A stretch of DNA of 64,000 bases. Source: Lytechinus pictus. Lineage: Eukaryota. Made by a program: the position numbers and the translations under genes. The notes under the pieces are model-generated. The model worked only from the letters and a program-made list of their open reading frames with translations, was not told where the DNA came from and searched no databases. Positions 54,777-64,000 of the stretch are shown in pieces. Location of the stretch: positions 27,716,001 to 27,780,000 of the forward strand of contig NC_087252.1 in the NCBI RefSeq assembly GCF_037042905.1, read 5' to 3'. Numbering within the stretch: the first letter of the stretch is position 1; every line of letters starts with the position of its first letter.

Positions 54777-57700
54777 AGGGTAAACCAAATTTTTAATATG
54801 TTTGTTCATTTAGTAAGAGTTTACTGTAAATACACAGTATAGGCCCAGGTCCATGGTTACCCTCCCGAATAGGATCATTTTCATCTCTGTTTGGCTTCTG
54901 AAAATGGAATATTTAAAGCAATGTTCTATCAAACCAAAGGTAGATAATACAGAAAAATATTTCTTTAGAACACATGTATGATATAAATCTACTGTACCTT
55001 CTGAAGACGAGGCAGGAAATCAAATATGGTTGGGACAGCATCCTGTCTAAGACGAATCATTTGCCCAGTCCTGTCAAAGCAACCATCTTCAAAATGATCA
55101 GAACAGAGTACAGAGCTCTTGGAGGAATTCAATGAAGCTCGCTTCATATTGACCATCCAGTCTGTGTTACAGTACCGGTTCAGTCCAACGGATGAATGGG
55201 AATCTGCAGCAAATGTAAACGCATGTCATAAAATCAATTACACATAATTAAGAAAATTTGACGTGTCCAAAGGACACAGATGCCCCCGCTTAACGCGATC
55301 AGAAATCCATTCAATATGATTGAACTTAAAATCATGCAGAAACCAATATGCATATATATAATTAACAAATTTAGACCTTTGAACCGACTTGCATATGATG
55401 AGATGTGACCTTTGACCTGCGGACTCCGAATTTGAACTTAGCCTGTATTTTGGTGTCATCTACCTACACACCCAATTTTTTTTTAATCCATTAAACATTT
55501 TTCGAGTTATTGCGCGGAAACCAAGTGGGGGTGGGGGGGGGGGGCAGACAGGGGCAACGCTTAATTCCCCCTCCGGGCTTCGTCTGCGGGGGCATAACAA
55601 TTTTAGGCCTACTCAGCAGGGGCCCGTTTCTTAACACCTTGACAAGTTAGTCATATATCTTTATCTACCAAACACAGTGTTAGTTCCAATCTTACCCAAA
55701 AGGATTAACTAGAATCCATTGATATCGTGTACTATTGATTGAAAGTACATGAGACGTAGCATTAGTCACAAAATAGCATAATTTTCAAAAAGTAAAATTA
55801 TGATAAAACTTGCAATTATTGTGATGAATTTGGAAATAGATCCTATCAAAAGAATAGCAGAGGCAAAATATGCATAAAAAATACTCAAACATGCAGATAT
55901 GGGCATTAAATTGCTGAGAAAATGAAATTATCACTTATTCATTTCATGACAAAAAAAATCACATGTATGTTGACGTTGAGATGGGTATCCCCAGATATAA
56001 AATTTGTATAGTTTACGTAAGTAAACTATACAGGCTTTTTTCCTAAAATGATGATAATTATACAGCTTTTTAGGATTCCAAACACCATCAAAATATTATC
56101 ATCATGAATTGTTAAACTCTTTAGATACCGAAACACACAATTTTATAAATTCTATGCATATATTAGAGAGAGAATTTATCAAAATCTTGATAAGGGTCGG
56201 AAAGCAACGAGTACGAGTCCAATTATGGATGGCCTGAAGTGGTAGAATCTTTGTAAATTCAATTATTTTACTACTTTAAAATGAATGGTTTTGTGATTTT
56301 TTACCAACACTTGTTATAATTTCTGTGCATTACAAGTACTATTGAATGATTTATCCCACTTGTTTGCAATAAAATTCATTTTCTATGAATTATTACGTAA
56401 TATTATAATTTTCGAATTTCGAGGCTCATTTGCATGTCATAGTCTACCCACATGATATCACTACGTCATTAAGAAAGAAGTTATGACAGGTTTGGAGATG
56501 TAATAACTATTTCGTCAAGTTGTCCCCGATCTTGGCAAATAAAGAGGGATTCGTGAAACAGTTAGCGGACAAGTAGCTCACTATCTCCAATTTAGTTAAG
56601 AAGTTAAAAGACTTATGACGGTGTTGAGAAACGGGCCCCAGTCTACACAAGCAGAACCAAACAGAATCAGTTTGCCACACTCAAATTCCAAATTTGCGCT
56701 TGCATCAATTGTTTAGTTACATACCTTTCCCATTTATGAATACAAAACGTGCTTAGAATGACCATTTTGAGGTCAGAATGTCCACAATTTTTAGCTCGCG
56801 CTTCGCGTTCCCATTATTGAAATATGCACCGTCTTCATGGGTAGTCGGTCCTTAACAGGTCCCTTTTCGATCATGCTAGAACACTTGTTAAACAATTCTC
56901 TTCGTGCTTGGCATTCTCAGTAATTATCTAGTTACATATGCATCTTGTTCAGGATCACAAACAGTGCCCAGAATGTTAAATTTTACATATATGAAAGTTC
57001 TAAAAAAGTAGGGGAAAAAATATTCGCTTGCGCTTCGCGCTCACAATTTTTATATAAGGCCTATGAGATTATTTCATATTGATGTTGTTTTATAAGAATA
57101 AAGCTACGAAATGACTGATCGGGGAAAATATAGGTGAAGATAATTTTGTGCCCCTTCCCCTATTGGCAAAAGGCTGATCCACCAATGTGACACATACACA
57201 CAAAGATAAAAAAATGGTGCCCCCCCTGAAAAAGCAAGGACACCCCGTTTCCCCCCCCCCCGAGAAAAAATTCTAGCTACGCCACTGGACTGATTCCTTC
57301 ATCCCCAAACCATTTATATAAGACAAGCTCATTTCTATCCAGGATGTAAATCAATTCTAGAAAGAGCATCAATCTGGAAGTCTTGCCTCTGGCAGGGCGT
57401 AGTAGGACACTATAGGTGTTAGTTTTAATAGGCCTAACGTTATTCCAATACCAACATGATAAAGGGATGCTCCAGGCTGAAGATATTCATAATTGACCAT
57501 ATCTCAAGAAATAGAGTAAAATTCACAAAGCAAAATGCTGGAAATTTGATCAAAATCGGATAATAACAAAGTTGTTGAATTGAAAATATTTGCATTATTC
57601 CTGTAAAACAGTTTTAGGCATGCATGAATATTCAGTGGGCAAAATGATGATGTCATACCCTCACTTGTTCTTTTGTATTTTGTATGAAATTAGGTTTATT

Positions 57701-58139
57701 CAAAAATTTCCTACAAGTCAAAATTGGATTGACAACATTTACACTAACTTATTTAATTATAATGGCGACATGTCATTTACACATATGACAAAATGAAGCA
57801 ATTACAATTTCGTGTACAATAATAACTGTCAAGGAAAAGGAAAGTGGGGATGTGAAATCATCAGCCCACCTAATGAATATTCATGATGACAATTGTGACA
57901 TAGACCTAGGGCTAGGCCACTCAAGGGTTCGGTACATGCCGCCGTGCACAAGAAAATCAAGGCACAAAGCATGCAACTCTCTTTATGAGCTGATCTCGCA
58001 TATAGCCGTTAGCTTTGACCGACTCCTAATTCGATCTTAGCCTGTATTTTGGTGTCATCTATCTAAACACCCAATTTTTTTAAAAATCTGTTGAATATTT
58101 ATAAGTTATTATGAGGAAACCAACTCGCATATTTAATGA

Positions 58140-58321
58140 CCCTGTGTAGTGGTCCACCTGCATTCCCCCAACCAGTTATCGGGAGGAGAGACCTGCGGGT
58201 CACAGTTCTGTGTGCGCGCCCTTGTAGGCGACCAAGATTGGCTGGCACCTCCAATATGCCTTTGAATGTCTTTGACAGATATGGCGCTATACAAATGCTG
58301 TGCATCATCATCATCATCATC
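58140..58321 (+). mobile_element. 5'-truncated SINE (mirror of 35007-35182)
   Basis: Matches 6274-6447. Confidence 0.85.
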
Positions 58322-60852
58322 TTCCTACACACCCAATTTTTAAAAAAAATCTGTTGAATATGATAAGATATCATGAGGAAACCAACTCGCATATTTAATG
58401 AGCTGTGATCTTTGACCTGCATACTCCGAATTCGAACTTAGCCTGTATTGGTATATCTACCTTCACTCTCAAATTTGTTTCAATATGTAGAATATTTCAT
58501 AAGCTATCATGCAGAAACTAAATTGCATATTTAATGAGCCGTGACCTTTGACCTGCCGACTCCGAATTCGAACTTAGCCTGTATTTTGGTGTCATCTACC
58601 TACACACCCCAATTTTTATAAATCTGTTGAATATTTCATAAGTCATCATGCGGAAACCAACTCGGACGTTTCATGAGCTGTGACCTTGGACCTGCAGACT
58701 CCAAATTCAAACTTAGCCTGTATTATGGTGTCATGTACCTACACACCAACATTTTTTTTAATCAATCAAATATATTTCGATTTATTTCGCGGAAACCAAG
58801 TGGGGGGGGGGGGGGGGGAGCGGGAGAATCAACGGACACTAACGCTAATGCCCCCTCCGGACTTTGTCTGGGGGGGGGGGGCATAATTACCGAGGAGCTG
58901 CATTTGAAGCGAGCCTGAATCAAGGCTGTGAAATTTATTAGCGCCACCATCAGGCTTCCTTTTATTTCCATAAAAAGAAGAGACACGCGAAGTCACTTTC
59001 CAGTCCAAGCTCCAAAGTAATCAAATTTCCTTTTTTTTTAATATGATTTTGATTTAATTAAAAATATACTATTGTATTATGGCTACTCACCGCAAAGCGC
59101 CCCGGTGAGTAGCGAGGAGTTTCAGCAAATATCAATTCTGTATTGTAATGAAGCGATGTTTGCCAACTTCACAGAAATCCAGGGCCAAATGCAGTTCGGT
59201 GTACTAGTAATGAGTGGGGCCAGGCCGGCCAAGGCTACCACAACTATACTAGTACAGCAGGCGATAGTTCGTGTAGGCTCCACTACACTTCACTACTGCT
59301 ACCCTCTGCTTCACCTATAGTGGAATGTCTAATGGCAGGCTATTTACGAACCATCGCTTGAGTTTTATAGGCCTAGTCACTCAAGGGTTCATTACATGCC
59401 GCCGCGCACAGAAAAATCAAGCAATAGAAGTTGTGTGTTGTGGACACCAGAAGTGGGATCGCAGCACGTGTGACCCACTAGTTAGAAATCCATTGCAAAA
59501 CGTGGTAGATGGTGCGAGGTTAGTATAATAATACTACTAACCTCGCAATACGTGTGGGTTGAGTAGCCTAGCTAGAGATACATGTAGTAGAGTTTCATAC
59601 GGCCAGGCAAAGCCCAAACTGTTCAATAACTTTGTTGTCATCCGATTTCGATGAAATTTTCAGCATTTTGCTCTGTATGAATTTTACATTACTTATTAAG
59701 ATCAAGGTATATCTTCAGCCTGTATAATTCATAACCATTATACTTTTTAGGTGTGCAGAAAAGACCAATCCCCCCCCCCCCCATGGTCTGCTGACTACAG
59801 TACATAAACTTGAATACACGGGACTATTGTTACACAGCTTTTTGCAAATGCAAGTTTGGTAACGACTTTAAACTAATTCCCATTTTTTTCAACGTAATTT
59901 TGAAGTCGAAAACATAGCTGAACTTACGAATGCAATGTCCGTCCACATCCTACCGATTAGAGCAGTTGTATGCAGCTGATGTAGGCATGAATAACGTGAA
60001 ATCTAAGCTAATAAGTTCACCAACGTGCCAACCTGTGACCGGCCCGGAGCGAAAACAGCTTGAGCAAGGTGCAGCCAATCAGCGACCTTCTTATATCCCC
60101 TACCAGAGAGAGGAGACGATTTTTTTTTGTGTTTTGACACAAAATCATTTCGTCGACGGAATAGATTTTCGCATCGCAACAAAATAAATTTCGTGGACGC
60201 AATTTTATTTCGTCTCGACGAAATTGATTATATGTGTGACACAAAATAAATTTCGTAAACGAAATCACACTGCATCATGACGAAATGATTTTCGTTTGAG
60301 TGAAACAAATTTTTCGATCAGAATTTTCCATTTAACACTTGGGGCGCCATTTCGTTAGATCGAAATTCATTTCGTATGTACGAAATAAATTTTGTGGACG
60401 CAATTACATTTCGTCTCGACGAAAATTGATTTTGTGTGACAAAAAATAATTTCGTATACGAAATAAAACTGCGTCATGACGAAATGATTTTCATATGAAC
60501 AAAAACACATTTTGTGTACGGAATGGCGTGAATTGGACGGAATTTACCATCGGACATTTGGTGCGCCATTTCGTTTGATCAAAATTCATTTCGTATGGCA
60601 CGCCAAATAAACTTTGTGGACGCAATTACATTTCGTCTAGACAAAATTGATTTCGTGCATTTCGTCTAGACGAAATTGATTTTGTGTGACAAAAAATAAA
60701 TTTTGTATACGAAATGAAAAAGCGTCATGACGAAATGATTTTCGTCTGAATAAAAACATATTTTGTGTACGGAATGCCGTGATTTGGACGGAAAATACTG
60801 GCGGACACTTGGCGCCCCATAATTACGGAGCCTTTAAAATGCCATCGAATTA

Positions 60853-60998
60853 ACGACATGGCGAGATACTTTATCTTGCCATGTCGACTTATAAACAGTT
60901 AAATGTCAACATGGCGAGATACTTTATCTTGCCATGTCGACTTATAAAAAGTTATATGTCAACATAGCGAGATATTAATCTTGCAAGTCGACTTATAA
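60853..60998 (+). repeat. ~52-bp tandem repeat with internal palindrome
   Basis: Three copies of acatggcgagatactttatcttgccatgtcgacttataa. Confidence 0.85.
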
Positions 60999-61817
60999 AA
61001 GGCGCGGACCTAGGGAGGGGGGGGGGGGGCTGAAGATGCGCGCGCCCCTGTAGAATTTCAAGAATGGAAATAAAATTAAAACGGACAGCCTTTTTATCTT
61101 TTTTGCCGGTTCTTCATTCTTCAATTCTTTTATTTCATTTCCATTCAAAAAACATAATACAAAGTAATATAAAGTAATACAAATCAAGTACAATTTTACA
61201 GAAGGGCATTCTTACTTCGTAAAAAAAAAAAAAAACAGAAAAAACAGTATAATATAGAGCATAAATGGAAATGAGGGGGATCCACTAAAAAGCAAAGCTT
61301 GTAAAGTGTGGATCCCCCTTGGAAATGAAAAAAGTATAGTAGACTTATTCTGATATGCGTACATAATTATTAACTTCTTCTGGAGAACATGCTTTTTTTG
61401 CTTTTGCTTTTCCGCTTAGTTCAAGACGTAACTTCAATTCACAAAAATAACCTGTGCTTCGATACCGTGTGGTGCAACATAGCATCGTGCGCACGCACCT
61501 TGTCTGGCTATGACCAAAGACACTACTACTGCAAGCAAGGGGTGCGAATTCGCTAAACTTAGGCGCAAGAGTTTGAGAGCGGCTGAGCCAAGGCGAAAGT
61601 ACTCTGCTAATCAAGTTTGTTTTCAAGCTTGACCGGAGTTTCAGCTAACTGGCATCACAAGTAGCTGAATTAATTATGAAGAGGAACAGTGGCGTAACTA
61701 CGGGGGGGGGGGGGGGGGGCGAGGGAAAGGAAAAAATTGGGAGAAAGAAAAAGAAACGTAGTGGTGTAAGAAGAGAAATGATTGTATATTATCTTATATA
61801 ATGTTATGTTATATATA

Positions 61818-62775
61818 CAGTGCGTATCAAAAAAAGTTTACACTTTGAAAAAATCCTGTAAAATTATACATTTGTAATATCCTGAAGATTTTTCCACATT
61901 TTAACATTGGTACAGATCCATTTAAGCAAATGATGATATAACTGTCAACAATATTTCCGCTTGAATGAGCACCACTTACTTTTCAAAAGTTAGTGAAAAA
62001 TGATTTGTGCAGAACTTTGAAATAATTATGCGAATAAAGGTAGACCTTAATCATTAAGAACACGTGGAATTTGGCTAGTAAAATTGATTTGAAGATATCT
62101 TTTACCCTTTTACTTGTTTCCTTGCCCAAAACACTCCAAAGAGTGCATTTTACCCCACCGCACTCCCCACACACCGAGGCCATCGTGACGATATTTGCTT
62201 TACACTCAGCTGTGATTTACATGGAATGGCTTAAGCCTGATTTTCATTTTGTTAATCATTGCCAAGCTTGGGAAAAGTGAGGAGAAACAATTATTTAACA
62301 TGTTAATGAAAAATGAAATGTAAACCCACTTTCAATGATAAAAACTTAGCGAAAAATGCTGAAGATGTCTGATATAAACTTTTGTTCAGATTTAGTTATG
62401 TCCTCAGATCCAGCTGGCACAAAAAGGGTAAAGGTTGTGCTTACTAAGTGTTGAAATTTCAATTTGGGTGGCAAAATTGTTACAAAAAGCTGGAATGTAT
62501 CTGTTTTATTTCAATTGACTAAAAGTGCAAGGGAAATGTATGAGAAATGATTCGCAGGGTAAGTTTGATTCCCCTTGACACAGCGTGAAAACGAGCATTT
62601 CTGCGCAAACAGATATCTGCGAGCTTTACACAAATGAACAGTGCTCACTCAAGTGTAACATTCTGACAAAACTTTTACTTATTGGATAGATGAGACCCAA
62701 ACCCAAGATTATATGTGAAAAAATTACCCACATGTTGTATATTTTTTAATTCCCAGGGCTGTTTCATACGCACTG
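61818..62775. mobile_element. Tc1/mariner-like non-autonomous element (TA TSD)
   Basis: ta|cagtgcgtatcaaa ... tttcatacgcactg|ta. Confidence 0.8.
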
Positions 62776-63211
62776 TATATTATATTACATCAAATAAGAT
62801 ATATTTTTCCTAACTTTATGAAACATAATTTGCTTAGGGCCTATGTGTTCATCACTCCTGGTGCTTTTCTGTTTAATGAGATATTTAATCCCGTTCAAGC
62901 GAATTAAATTGTACTAAAACATCCCGTTTCCTCGCACTCCGAGCTTTTATTATTTGATGCAGTGACATATGCTTCTTTTTCATGACTTTTAAAGTGATTG
63001 CCCCCTCTTAAGGTCTGAATATAAAACATTTTCAGGCCTGCTTAGGTTCGCGTAAGCGGATTATTGATGTAATGTCTGCTCTTTAAGAAATCCTAAAAAC
63101 AGTCTTTAAAATGTCCTGTTTTTCTGATCTGAATATCAAAAAATTAACTCGCACTTCGCGCTCGCATCATTTTAGTTCGTAAGATACGCATGGTCTTAAT
63201 GGTGAATTATC

Positions 63212-63760
63212 GGATGGTCTAATACCACATGGTCTATTATCAGTTCGTCTAACTTCACATAGTCTAAACTCATTTCGTCTACAACCAGTTCGTCTAATAT
63301 CCAATTCGTCTAATTCCCACTGGGTCTAATATCCAATTCGTCTAATTTCCAATTGGGCTAATAACCAGTTGGGCTAATTTCCACTAGGTCTAATATCCAA
63401 TTCGTCTTATTCCCACTTGGTCTAATATCCAATTGGTCTAATGAGCAGTTGGGCTAAAATCATTTAGTCTAATTTTCAGTTGGTCTAACATCACTTGGTC
63501 TAATTTCCACTTAGGCTAATTTCCACTTGGTCTAATTATCACTTTGTATAATTGCCACATGGGCTAATGACCGTTTGGTCTAATTTCCACTTGGTCTAAT
63601 TTCCATTTAGTCTAATTTCCACTTGGTCTAATATCCAATTGGTCTAATGACCACTTGGTCTAATAGCCAAATGGTCTAATGACCAGTTGGGCTAATCGTC
63701 ACTTGGTCTAATTTCCATTTGGTCTAATTCACACTTGGTCTAATGTCCATTTATTCTAAT
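63212..63760 (+). repeat. ~19-bp minisatellite (ccacttggtctaat)
   Basis: Many degenerate copies of ttggtctaat/ttcgtctaat. Confidence 0.9.
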
Positions 63761-64000
63761 ATAGCATCATTATTATTCATTTTATCTAGAATTAGCAAAT
63801 ATGGTACGTAATGGATAAATACCATGCATCAGTTAATACATGTACATATCGCCAAGATCCGGAGGGGTAGAGCTAGTGGGTGCAAAACCACCTCACCATG
63901 AAGTACTATCGATGACAAGATAGTCGCTTATCAAATGAATTATTCTAATAAAATAATTCTCATAATTAGGCCTGTATATCGATTATAAGATGATGATAAA

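Larger units (their letters stand above)
43850..59988 (-). pseudogene. Three-exon THAP zinc finger + HCF-1-binding motif + coiled-coil gene (THAP9/P-transposase N-terminus-like), decayed
   Basis: Exon 1 59988-59928 MPTSAAYNCSNR*; exon 2 55203-54998 FPF..WMVNMKR..CSDHF..FDRTGQMIRLRQDAVPTIF..LQK; exon 3 44084-~43850 NSPKPRNSPKER...EDHSYSIPESPRGVKWKL...LEKGMKTTQQKSRR; GT-AG sites, exon 2/3 junction in phase 0. Confidence 0.8.
30384..60821. mobile_element. Giant (~30.4 kb) palindromic composite element with TATGG...CCATA termini (IS3EU-like)
   Basis: Left arm 30384-42157 is the reverse complement of 44802-44985 plus 54777-60821 apart from arm-specific insertions; flanks agtacg (30378-30383) / attacg (60822-60827). 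Confidence 0.8.

Noticed and set aside
30384..60821. Polinton/Maverick interpretation of the giant element
   Set aside because: The termini are not AG...CT, and no polB, integrase, ATPase or capsid ORFs are seen.

Overview
Eukaryotic, AT-rich, almost entirely repeat-derived DNA. The SINE, MITE and LINE style suggests a marine invertebrate such as a sea urchin (inference only). No intact host gene is evident. The first 30 kb holds nested non-autonomous DNA transposons (Academ-, Harbinger-, piggyBac-, Kolobok- and hAT-like termini), foldback satellite arrays, SINEs and LINE fragments. The main structure is a ~30.4 kb palindromic unit (30384-60821) with TATGG...CCATA ends and a near-perfect 6-bp flanking duplication (AGTACG/ATTACG). 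Its two inverted arms share ~6.2 kb of core sequence around a ~2.6 kb spacer. Each arm carries exons 1-2 of a spliced, decayed THAP zinc-finger gene that the ORF track misses. Exon 3 (DHSY HCF-1-binding motif plus coiled coil) lies in the spacer and completes only the minus-strand copy. Arm-specific insertions (solo LTR, LINE, Tc1-like MITE, SINE fragment, ~9.8 kb composite) can be read against the empty site in the opposite arm. All coordinates were read by eye, and superfamily calls rest on termini and TSD patterns, not database searches.
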